Shown here in pieces: positions 1 through 13,444 of a stretch of DNA of 64,000 nucleotides. The position numbers and the translations under genes were made by a program. The notes under the pieces were generated by a model. The model saw only the letters and a program-made list of their open reading frames with translations. It searched no databases and was not told the origin of the DNA. Within the stretch, counting starts at the first letter, position 1, and each line of letters starts with the position of its first letter. The DNA comes from Fistulifera solaris (taxonomy: Eukaryota): assembly GCA_030295235.1 (NCBI GenBank), contig AP026164.1, positions 1,674,001 to 1,738,000 of the forward strand. Reading direction: 5' to 3'.

Positions 1-264
1 GCTTGGCATTTGACCGCGTTGCACGCCATGACGATTGAAACCAAAAGCATGCTGTTGGCAATTTTTCTGTTACTGAGTAAGAGCGGAAGTATTAAAGACG
101 TTGCCGCGGCTATGGAAGCCGCACGCGTGGAAGAAGAATTCAACATTTCAAACTGGGGTCTCGTGGAAGGCCAGCATGATTATGATAGGCTTAACGCTTC
201 CATTCAGCTTCATGCGGCAATGCTACTGAAAGATTGTTTGGCGGCGGATAATTTTTCGTCATAA
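1..264 (+). CDS. ATP12: ATP12-like mitochondrial F1-ATPase assembly chaperone, C-terminal part (truncated by window edge)
   Basis: KSMLLA...AARVEEEFNISNWGLVEGQHDYD matches the ATP12/ATPAF2 C-terminal motif (xxRLEEExQxxxWGxVEWxHD). Confidence 0.85.
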   Translation, partial: AWHLTALHAMTIETKSMLLAIFLLLSKSGSIKDVAAAMEAARVEEEFNISNWGLVEGQHDYDRLNASIQLHAAMLLKDCLAADNFSS

Positions 265-328
265 AGTACGACAGACTAGTAGTGTAGTCACTTTAATTCT
301 AGGTTAGTATAATCATAATGTGTGACCA

Positions 329-2154
329 TTAAGCCTGATCACTACGACGAGCATCTTCTACTAACATTTCGTGCCATATGTCAAAGGACCACAACCTTCG
401 CTCAAAATGCGTAGCCATGATTTGCAAGGGTTGTCCATCCAAAAGTTCTTGAAGTCGGATAGCGCCTAAAACGGAACCGAGTTCCACCGAAAACTCATCA
501 AAGTTGATGAGATGCTGAAGAAACTCAAATGTGTAAATTTTTGAACAATCCGTAACCGGTGTAGGACTGTTTTGCGAAAATAGTTTATCGAAAGCTTTCT
601 TCCGAAAGCGGGCTCGTTGCATGGAAGACGTAGCATTCGACGTTTTGCCAAGAAGCGTTTTCGACTCTTCCTCTGGTTCCGATTGTGGGGCGTCAATTTT
701 GGTCAGCGTCAATGAATCACTTTCCTCTACCACAAGGCACTGAGGAGTGCTGCCAAGGGGAGACATTGTAGAGGGATTTTTCGTGTCGATTTTGGCTTGC
801 AGCTGTGGGGCAAAAAAACTTAGAACCTTTAACGCCCCGTTCAACATCCACTTCGGAGGCAATTTTCCACACGGTCGACTGAGCTCAAATCCCGTGAGAC
901 ACTCAGTCCATCGAATATCCTTTCGAAAATGCCCACGAACGACAACTTGGTATCTACGGTTCATATTGGCAAAGTAGCCAATGGAGTCATCGTACTTTTG
1001 GGGCGTTGTTCCCTCGCTCTTTCTTAACCGAAGAAGCAAAGTTCCTTCAAAAGATCTGTGCAAAAGTCGGTCACTAAGCTTTCATCCGGTGTCTCATTCC
1101 CATTGTTAATAGGCAAAATCATACATTGGTCGCACATCATGACGTCGGGAGCATAACACGATCCTTCTGGCGATGATTCGGGAATTCCCCAATGTAACTT
1201 CAAATAAGTCGGCCATGTCAAAATTGATTTCTCGGCAGTCCATATGTATTCTGAGGATCCCGAAAATCGGATTCCTTTTATTTTCGTCCCACTTCCGGGT
1301 GTTGGGCGGAGCAGCAGCGGTCTCTGAGGCCAATGCTTCGGATCGAGCGCTGGTCTCGACTGCCTGCAGCAGACACACCGTTCTGATACGGATGGAAACC
1401 TTTCTAAATCTTCCGCAATCTCAATTTGTCCAGATGAATCCATTGTTTGTAAATGGATTAAAGTGCTATGTACATGTTGCTTTTTGGGTTTCGACGCGGG
1501 TGGTGGTGTTCCCTCGAGAATGTTATGACATCGGCTCTTGAACAGAGATTGCTGTAACGTCGATGGCGCCACCAAACGATCCCCCAAATCCGTGATATCG
1601 TCATCATCTTCGTCATCTCCCATCAACAAACTGGGTAATCCTTCTGCGAGTTGTGAAGCAAAGATACATTCAATAGACTCTTGTATTGTGGGATCATCCG
1701 GGAGAGTATTTTTTCTTTGATAAAGAGTATTCTCACCAACTGCATTAGATGATCCACATAGAAGTTCCAAGTAAGAATGCTGTAAAATAGCCGTCGCCCC
1801 GTTGAACGATGGTGCGTTTCGTATTTCGTCCTGACCCTTTGTATTGTCGTCGTTTCGATCTCCGGAAACTTTCGCTGTAGGAACGATCGTCGTCCGCATC
1901 ATGGCATCCGTCAAGTCTTTTTCAGTGTCTTCGGTCGAGCTCGTTTCTGCATCGATGCGTATACTGTGACGACTACTACTTCCACTTTTTCGTCTTCTCC
2001 ACGAACGCTTCATAGTTGGCGGTGAGGGGGTTTCCTTGGGTCGGAAAAATACGAAAGAACGCCGGATCTGTCCGCGTTTCTTCGTAGAAGGTATGGTATT
2101 GTTCTCGATGGTTGTACGAGAGCTATGATTGCTCTCTTCGGAGTCCACCACCAT
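329..2154 (-). CDS. Uncharacterised protein with C-terminal DUF1769-like domain; one apparent frameshift near 1050
   Basis: ORFs 1024..2220 and 329..1063 overlap and read as one protein (DFCTD/FEGTLLLRLR...YFANMNRRYQVVVRGHF...SPLGSTPQ...YTFEFLQHLINF); ATG at 2154 (MVVDSEES). Confidence 0.6.
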
Positions 2155-2668
2155 TGTTTTGTTGATCAAAAGAAATTGAATGCTGTGCTTGCTTTTTTTG
2201 CCTTCGACGCTTTCTTGCATTTTTTTTTAGTTTGCGGAAACGAGCTTCGTAGTAGTACTTCGTAGTCGAGCTGTCGTCTTGTTGTCCGTTGTGATTTCTT
2301 AGACTGTAAGTGATTGTCCCTTTCCGTCTTGATTTTCCGTTGTGTATCCATTGTACAGCCCAACGTCGATTTACAAAAGCAAGCCAGCGCACCTCGTTCC
2401 GCTGAGAAACACGAGGAGTCAGTCATTCACGAATTCACAGCTCCGTACGTCACAAACCCGTGGAGCCGCACATTCGTGCGACGCCCGGGTACCAGTACCA
2501 GTAGGTGCTGATGCGTGATGCTTGTAAATTGGTTCACGAATGGGAGTCCCGCTTCCTTCACACTGATGAAAGTGGTGAAGTGGAAGTGAGAACAAGGCGT
2601 TGCAGCGAAATGCAACAACAACGACCGCGTGTTGCAAAATTATGCGTTCCATAAAACTATCAACTACA

Positions 2669-3557
2669 ATGAAGTTATTTGCTACCTTGTTACTCCCGAT
2701 TGCAACTTCGGCATTTTCGGCCTATTCTCCGCAGTCGTCCATTGTGAACAGCATGATTAGTTCCAAATGGACCATGATGCCCGACGAACCCCAGCCGGAG
2801 GTATGTTTTGGTTTTTCAATCAATATTTTGTGAGTTATCAATTCCCTTCTGCAAATGTTCCACTCACTTCTTGATTGTGTTACTTTTCTATTAATACTGG
2901 GTGGTAGGTGGATCCTCGTCGCAAGGACCCTGACGACAAGCCTCCCACAAATCCTGTGCGAATGCCCATGATTGATACCGAAAAAGGACAAATGGATGTT
3001 ATTTCTCGTCTTTTAAAAGATCGAATTCTGCTTCTAGGACAGGGTGTTGATGATGAAGTTGCTAATGTTTTGGTGGCGCAGCTTCTTTACTTAGCCAACG
3101 AAGATCCCAAGAAAGATATTACCCTGTACATTAATTCGCCGGGTGGAAGTGTTTCGGCGGGTATGGCGATTTACGATACTATGCAATACGTTCCGTGTGA
3201 TGTATCGACGGTGTGCTTCGGTATGGCGGCGAGTATGGGAGCCTTCTTGTTGGGTGCCGGCGCGAAAGGTAAACGGCGAGCGCTGCCCAACTCGCGAATC
3301 ATGATTCATCAACCTTTGGGTGGGGCGCAAGGTCAGGCAGCGGATATTGAAATCCAAGCCAAGGAGATTCTCTTCATTCGTGAGGTGTTGAATACTTACA
3401 TTGCGGACTACTGTGGTCAGCCGAAAGACAAGATTGAGGCGGACTGTGATCGTGATTTTTCATGACTCCCGAAGAGGCTGTTGACTACGGAATCATTGAT
3501 GAAGTCGTTAAAACCAAGACGTCTCACATAACCAAACCTCCGATGCCTGTCCTATAA
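2669..3557 (+). CDS. clpP: Plastid-targeted ATP-dependent Clp protease proteolytic subunit
   Basis: Signal peptide + SAF ([17 protein letters not shown]); intron 2801-2907 (GTATGT..TAG); [15 protein letters not shown] (Ser), MIHQP (His), DRDF (Asp); frameshift in T-run at ~3460 before [15 protein letters not shown]. Confidence 0.95.
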
Positions 3558-3777
3558 GAGAACGAATAGCGAGTAGTTGAAACTAAAAAAATTAACGAGA
3601 TCTCCATTAGTTGACTCCGATTGGGTTTGAAAGTAGGTACTTGAGAGATTGTAGTGATGAATCCGTCTTCGCATTCTCTATGAAAGGAGAATAGGTGACG
3701 AACAGCTATGCGTGACGACAAAAGCTAGAATTAAGAACATTTTATCGCTAAAATACCAAATACTCGTACGAGAGGAT

Positions 3778-5013
3778 TTAGTATACCTCAACGTGCCACT
3801 GCTTCTTGGCCTTGAGCTCCTTGACCCACTCCTCGTAGTCAATGTTCTTGCTCTCGGCAACCCCCTTGAGCATATCCTGGATTCCAGGCATCATACCCTT
3901 AAGACCGCAGAAGTAGATGTGGGCACCGTTGTCGAGCTTGGTGAAAATCTCGTCAGCATACTCCTCAACCTTGTCTTGGACGTACATCTTACCACCCTTC
4001 TTGTTCTCCTGTTCTCGGCTCAAGGCGTAGTCGAGACGGAAGTTGTTGGGGAACTTCTTCTTCACCTCTTGAAGCTCATCGTCGTAAAGAAGGGCATCCG
4101 AATTGGCAACACCCATGAAAAGCCAAGCAGTGCCTTTGTAGGCGTTGGCGGCGGGGGTGTCTTCGAAGAAAAGACGGCGGATGAAACCACGGTAGGGGGC
4201 AATTCCTGTACCGGTGGCCACCATGATCAAGTCGGTGTTGGGGTTCTCCTCAGGGATAAGCATAACTTTTCCGGCGGGTCCAGTCATTTGAATTTCATCA
4301 CCCGGCTTGGTGTCGCACAAGAAGTTGGAGCAAATACCCTTCTTGGCGGGGTCCTCGGCCTTGAGCTCCGGGCACCAGTAAGTGGCACGACGAACGCAAA
4401 GACTTCCAGTCTTTCCGGTCATGTCATCACCGTATCGGGAAGAGGCGATCGAGTAAAGACGGACACTGTGGGGCTTTCCGTCCTTTTCACGCACACCCGG
4501 GGGGATGACACCCCATGATTGTCCCTCCCAGTAAGGAAAGTCACCATTGTGGTCGATAATGATGTGGCAGGTCTCACCGGTAGCCTTGGGTCCAACGATG
4601 CGCTTGGTGGAGACAACCTTTCCAGTGAAAGGAGCCTTGTTCTTGTACACATTGACAGGAACAGTCGATTGATCCCAATAAGGCTCAGCCTCAAGGAAAT
4701 CTTGCTTTCCGGCCAACGAAGTGCTGTAAAGCGAGCGACCGAAAAAATGAAAAAAGGGGGGAAACACGCGTGAGAAAAAGGCCTATTATCATAGCCAACG
4801 AGACTTTTACTACGCAAATAAATAAATTTTCGATTGATTGAGAGCTACGGACACGTTTCTTCAAAGACCCTCCGCGAAGCGATCTTTCGGTCGCGTGCTT
4901 CGTCGGTAAGTGACACACCGGTCGGAGAAAGATACTCACCCGAACGCAGGCTTGGTGCTAGGGGCAAACGCAGCAGCTGATGCAACACAGGCAGCGAAAA
5001 TAGCAGTCTTCAT
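3778..5013 (-). CDS. petH: Plastid ferredoxin-NADP+ reductase (FNR)
   Basis: [18 protein letters not shown] presequence, intron ~4725-4940, [28 protein letters not shown]-terminal WHVEVY. Confidence 0.97.
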
Positions 5014-5361
5014 CTTGTTGAAAGATACTATTGCAAACCAAAGGATTAAAAATGTGTTGCAGTATAACAGACGAGTTTGTTGTCGTTTACTACTTGGCGT
5101 TTGAGGTGACCAACGTCACTGAGGACGACCTGTCGACCACGTACTTGTTGAAAGAGCTCTTTTTCCACAGAAAAATGCCATAGTCGACCGGCCTTCGTCA
5201 GTCGTCCGTCCATCTGGATCTAGGCGCTTGTGAACGGATCCGCGCTCGAGAATTGTCATCGTCACACATTCTCTCGTACCGGTATTGATGCTAACGCCAT
5301 TCAGTCCAAATGAGGCGTGGAAGTTTTCGAATTAGAAATTACTTTTGTTACGGAGTATTTT

Positions 5362-8100
<2,739 letters not shown>

Positions 8101-8911
8101 TTTGTCTTGAAATGTCTTCCTTTTCCTTGGCGGTTTCTTGTATTGAATCAAACTTCTGATTTCCAGCTACAAGAACTGAAAAGACTTTTATTCTTCCGCG
8201 TCTTCACTCTAGCTTGATGGTGAGTTCTCTTTTCGTCTTTTCAATGGAAATCAAGGAAAATTGACGTTGTTGAACGCCGAGTAAGAGTGAGCGAAAGACT
8301 TCAACTTCATCCGTTTGACGTCGTCCGTCGTTTGTTGTTCGTTGTTTTCTCCAACACATGACCAAGCAGTCCCGAATGGAGGAGCAAGTTACACGTTACA
8401 AGTGGGCAGTAATCGTTTAAGTGTCCCTTACGAAGTCTTTAAGCCAAACTTCTAATCGCTTCCAGTCTACGTAGACGTATTAAACGAATGAACTCGTAAG
8501 GAAGAAACTCAATGCGAACTTAATGAGTTGCTACTGCTGAAACATCATTATTCGGTTGCTCGTTGGAGGTCGGGGCGGATATCTTAAAGCATTCAGCAAA
8601 ACCTAAAAATTAGAAGCAGTGCACAAGGCACAAGTGCTTAGCAAATCGTTTCACGCGCCATAAGCATTGCACGAGAACAAGAAAATCTCAAACTAATTCA
8701 TCATTTTATTTTACATCTGTTGGTCTCAAATACATTACTCCAAAAAACCAGCATGTTCATAGCATCATAGTATCAGCACATTTTCATCGTCGAAAGTGAA
8801 AGCGTGTGATTCTCTGTATTCAAAAAGGTAGCGTGTCAAAACTGTTCGCCTGAACGTCGGAGAGCACTCAACACACCAAGGAGTTGCTCTCGTCGCGCGA
8901 AGTGCTATCGT

Positions 8912-9216
8912 TTAGACAAACAAGGGAAAGCGCGACCCCAAAAGAGATTGAAAAGGTTCTCCCTGTCTCATCCTACGAAGCTGATTCTCGGACTCTTCCT
9001 GATCACGGCGGTACTTCTCCTGAACTTGAAAACGCCGCAGGTCATGCTGATCGTAAAAAGGGCGCGCTTCAGTGCAGGCTCCAACGGAGGCACCTCGAAG
9101 CTCGTTACGTCCTCCGAAAACGACACATTCTGTCGCTTTTGATTCGTTTCGACGTGTGATGATGTTTGAGAAAAAGAGGTTTGAGAGTTGTCTTCCGTGT
9201 AACGATGGTTTGCCAT
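8912..9216 (-). CDS. Small hypothetical protein (~100 aa) of a diatom-type VSF...LFY family; one apparent frameshift near 9057
   Basis: MANHRYTEDNSQ...KRQNVSFSEDVTSFEVPPLEPALKRAL joins FYDQHDLRRFQVQEKYRRDQ across an A-run. Confidence 0.45.
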
Positions 9217-10275
9217 GTCGGGTGGTCTTGAATTTTTTATGCGTGCACCTCGATGAGAAGTTGAAGAGAGGCACAAACGCAATCGCCCGGGAAAACGAAA
9301 CGTAAAACGTTCTCCCTTCATATTCTTCCACACAGGATGCCACGATCGGATGGTTCGCCGAAAAGTAGTTTCCACTTACGTCCACAAAATTCGCATTCGT
9401 ACTTTGTCTTCCTGTCAAAAGTTCACGAGTCATATTCTACACTGACTTTTTGTGTAGACTCAACGGAAACCGTCACAAAACTCCGTTGGAAGTTTGACAA
9501 CTTCTTCTTTGACCCTTTGAAAACTTTATGTCGCACAGGTTTTGCGCGAAAAAGGTTGATGCAGATAATGATTTATTTTCGCAAACATTGAGATGGGATT
9601 TTTGGCAAGGTTTGAGTGATTTGAATCCGCCACGCATCCAATAAATAAGACTACAATCTCATAGTCATGGTAATCAGCGTTGTCCATGACTGAAAAATAC
9701 AGTCGTGGCGAAAGGTCGTCTGCACTTTGAGCCTATAGAAACATTGGAGATATCGGTTTCCGCAGCATTCAGCTTTCGATGTAAAAAAATTGATGCGCAT
9801 TGTCAATGATAATAATGGGATTGTACTGTGACACAGGCAAGTTTAAGTAACCAAGGCAACGAGGTTAATTAGCAAAGCAGTCTGGCTCGGAAGAACATTG
9901 ATTCATGACTGAAATGCAGTCGTGGCAGGGATTCGATTCTTTAAATTCCAGCCATTTTTTAATGCAGTCGTGGCATACAGTAACTGTTGATGAAAGCGAA
10001 CCACGTTTCGTTTGCGCTAACGCCCAGGCCGACAGTACAAAGTCAAACGAGTATAATTATAACTTTTTCGTAACAATTGGTAGTGAGACTGGGATAGTAG
10101 ATCATCACAGCTGCTTTGCAGAGATGAAACTAACCAAGGAAACCATACAGCCGTGAGCTTTGCCGAGTAAAAGATCAGCTTTCAAGCGGGCGTGGTTGTT
10201 ATTCATCTAAATTTGTGGATTTAAAAAACCGCTAAACTATATTCCTCGTTATCAGTGCTAAATCAGTTGTCGCAG

Positions 10276-11082
10276 TTACCCACTCGATTGGCCATTCCAT
10301 TTGTTGATATAAGCCGTAATACCCGGAAACGCGCTTTTCAAGAATTGTTTGCCTTGCAACCACACAGCGCGAGGGTGATCCAGTGCTGGTCTGGCATCGA
10401 CGTAAGGAATGGGGGGCATATTCGGGTCGGGATTGGGAAGGTAGTAGTAATCAATCACGTAGCGGTGTTGTTCTTGGCTACCTGGATGCTGAACATACCA
10501 ATCATGACGATCGAACGGCGGATCATACATTCGCAGGACCTTCGACAAGAAGAACGCTTTGGGTGATATATCCTTTGGCCGGCCCATGAAACGCGCCAAA
10601 AGCAATTCATCTGAACTTTCCCATTCTTGAATGTTTCGCCAAGTGCGTTCATTGATGTGGTTGTGAATTTGCAGCACGGTGGGAATCGAGTCCTCCGGGA
10701 TGTTGCTCCAACCTTTTCTTCGCATAGCATTATAAAATTGTTGTTCCGACGGATACACCCATTTGTTGTCCTTATTGCTGCTCGAGTCTTCGGTCTGATG
10801 ACGAGGGATATCATCATTCGTTCCCCGCATGATGCTAGACACTTGTCGCGACGTTGAAAGAAGAATTTTTTGATCCGGGTGGGGACTTTGAGCATGTCGA
10901 GCAGCTTCTTCTAAAGACGCAAAGGTCGGCGACTTGCAACCCTCGGGAAGCGCCTCCGACGGAGGCGAGTCGTTGCCGTTCGTTCCACCCAACCAGCCCC
11001 AAAACGAAAAAGTCCCTGAATCACTACCGCCGTCGTGCTTCACGGGACATCTACTGCTGTTGTCTGATTGTTCGGCACTCAT
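10276..11082 (-). CDS. HCCS: Holocytochrome c/c1 synthase (cytochrome c heme lyase)
   Basis: CPV heme-regulatory motif, WVYPSEQQFYNAMRRKGW, IHNHINERTW, PFDRHDWYV, RYVIDYY, DARPALD. Confidence 0.95.
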   Translation of the reverse strand: MSAEQSDNSSRCPVKHDGGSDSGTFSFWGWLGGTNGNDSPPSEALPEGCKSPTFASLEEAARHAQSPHPDQKILLSTSRQVSSIMRGTNDDIPRHQTEDSSSNKDNKWVYPSEQQFYNAMRRKGWSNIPEDSIPTVLQIHNHINERTWRNIQEWESSDELLLARFMGRPKDISPKAFFLSKVLRMYDPPFDRHDWYVQHPGSQEQHRYVIDYYYLPNPDPNMPPIPYVDARPALDHPRAVWLQGKQFLKSAFPGITAYINKWNGQSSG

Positions 11083-11486
11083 TTCTGTCCGCAAAAAATA
11101 TAAATTCGACCATTAGGTGAAACCATGGGTTTTTGGTTGTGGAAAAAATTACGCAAAAACGGCGAAAACGCGGACGAAACGTTGCCTCGTGACTGGAAGT
11201 CCAGTCGTGATAACCGATGTTGATAGCGAAGTTGCTGCGTCACAACCGACGGTACTCCCAACTTTGCAGTCAAATGTTAGGTGTCTCCTGACTCTATAGT
11301 AATAGCTACCGCTACGACTGATGACCCCTGGATTTCTCCTTCGCCAGCAAAAAAGCCGGACTGCACGCGCAAAGATCTTCGCGTTTCGGCTTTTCCGTTC
11401 GGAACACAAAAAACAAAAAAAAGCCATCACTACCAAGTATCGCCTTCTTGCTGACGCCAAGTCATTAATTAAGTCAACCATCCAGT

Positions 11487-12666
11487 ATGTTTGTGTCTCG
11501 TGCCGCTGTTTCTAGAGTCATGTCTGCATCCGCGCGTTCCATGTCAACCAAGGTGGCGGTGTTGGGCGCGGCGGGAGGCATTGGACAGCCTCTTTCAATG
11601 TTACTCAAGTTGAGTTCGGCCGTCGATGAACTTTCTTGTTACGACGTTCGAGGCAGTCCAGGAGTTGCTGCCGATCTCAGTCATGTACGTTAAAATTCTT
11701 TAACTGTTCTGGAAATCGCTCAATTTCTGACGCTTCCTCGTTTGCTACGCAGATCCCGACGAAAGCGTCCGTCAAGGGATATTTGGGGGCCAGTGAAGGG
11801 CAAGAAGAGGAGTTGGGCAAGGCTTTGACGGGTGCTAGTGTTGTTGTTATCCCGGCGGGAGTTCCAAGAAAGCCTGGAATGACACGTGACGACCTTTTCA
11901 ACGTAAGTTTGTGGATTCGTTAGTCCGTCGAACGAACGCTTTCACGGCATGTGCGTATTCTACATGGTAACTCTCACATTATCATCAACAAACAACATAC
12001 AAATAGATCAATGCAGGAATCGTAAAAACTCTTGTTGAGGGATGTGCTGAGCACTGCCCTGATGCGCTAATTGCCATCATTAGCAACCCTGTCAACTCGA
12101 CCGTCCCCATCGCTGCCGAGATTTTGAAAGCAAAGGGCGTTTACAACCCAAAGAAACTGTGTGGTGTCACTACTCTGGATGTGATTCGGGCCAATACGTT
12201 TGTAGGTTCCCATTTGCAGAAGGATCCTGCCACCATCGATGTCCCGGTCATTGGAGGACACGCCGGCATCACCATTCTTCCCTTGTTTTCACAAGTGCCC
12301 GGTTTCACTGCGACAGATGAAGAGTTGGAAGCATTGACCGTACGCACTCAGTTTGGTGGAGATGAAGTTGTCAAGGCCAAGGCTGGGGCGGGAAGTGCCA
12401 CGCTTTCGATGGCCTATGCCGGCTTTATCTTTGCGGAGAACGTAGTCAAAGCCATGAAAGGAGAAGAGTGCGTTCAATGTGCGTTTGTAGAATCAAGCCT
12501 CACGGATGCTCGTTTCTTTGCGAGTCCCTGCAAATTTGGTCTCAACGGTGTGGAGGAGGTACTTCCGTTCGGGCAGTTGAGTGCCTACGAGAAGGGCTGG
12601 TTCGACAAAATGATGCCCGACCTGAAAGCTCAGATTCAAAAGGGTATTGAGTTTGCCGCAAAGTAA
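11487..12666 (+). CDS. MDH2: Mitochondrial NAD-malate dehydrogenase
   Basis: Mitochondrial presequence, [46 protein letters not shown]; introns ~11685-11752 and ~11903-12007. Confidence 0.96.
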
Positions 12667-12928
12667 TTCTTCCATCAAAGTGACAATGAAACTAGCTCGT
12701 CTACTTTCGCATCCTTATCTTATTCGTACCGTTATTCTTTATTTGCACCCTATTGGTCTTTATCAGTATAAGAGGGGGGAATGAGAATGAAACGAATCAT
12801 GAAGCATTCCTCGCTACGTACGACCACAGACACGACGCGGCTGCCGCCAATCGTTCTGTCGTTCTCCACAAAAGAAGAAACTGAAAGGTTGGGGTGTATC
12901 ATTATTATTTTTTGAAAATGCGCCCATT

Positions 12929-13010
12929 TGACGTCAGAAAGCTGATCCTTTTGCCATACAAAGAACTTGTTCCACGTCAAACATCGTCAGTGAAACGACA
13001 ATTGACGTCA
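12929..13010. promoter_or_regulatory. Cluster of three TGACGT (bZIP/aureochrome-type) motifs upstream of the CPS gene
   Basis: TGACGTCA at 12929-12936 and 13003-13010, ACGTCA at 12974-12979; 435-515 bp upstream of the CPS ATG. Confidence 0.4.
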
Positions 13011-13444
13011 TCCTTTCTCATTGCCGGCTTAGAGACACGTTCGAAGTTCCAAGGATGATATCCGGGTCTTTTGTGTTCATCAGTTCTTGTAGTTATACTC
13101 GGAATCTTTGTTGGATGTCTGACAGTAATTGATCTACAATGGAATAGATAGAAAAAGGCTACACCTTGTTCAACGATATGTTGCAACGAATCGTAGCGGT
13201 TTACAAACACTTCTTTTTTCGTTCCTTCGCTTTTTTTTGAAAAAGGATCCGCACCATGTTTTGGGAGAATTTGGAGAAAGTCGGATCTACTCCTTTTTTT
13301 ACAAAAGACGTGGTGGAAAGCATCTTGCAATTGCACTTTTTTTGCTTTCAGGAAGTAAAGAAAGTGTTGACACTTTTATTCTAGAAACAAAAATAACATC
13401 TTGAAACAAATTTTAGCTTGAATATCAGGAAGTTGAACAAGAAA

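Noticed and set aside
3712..4518. 268-aa ORF on the + strand
   Set aside because: Antisense shadow of the codon-biased FNR gene; no independent protein features
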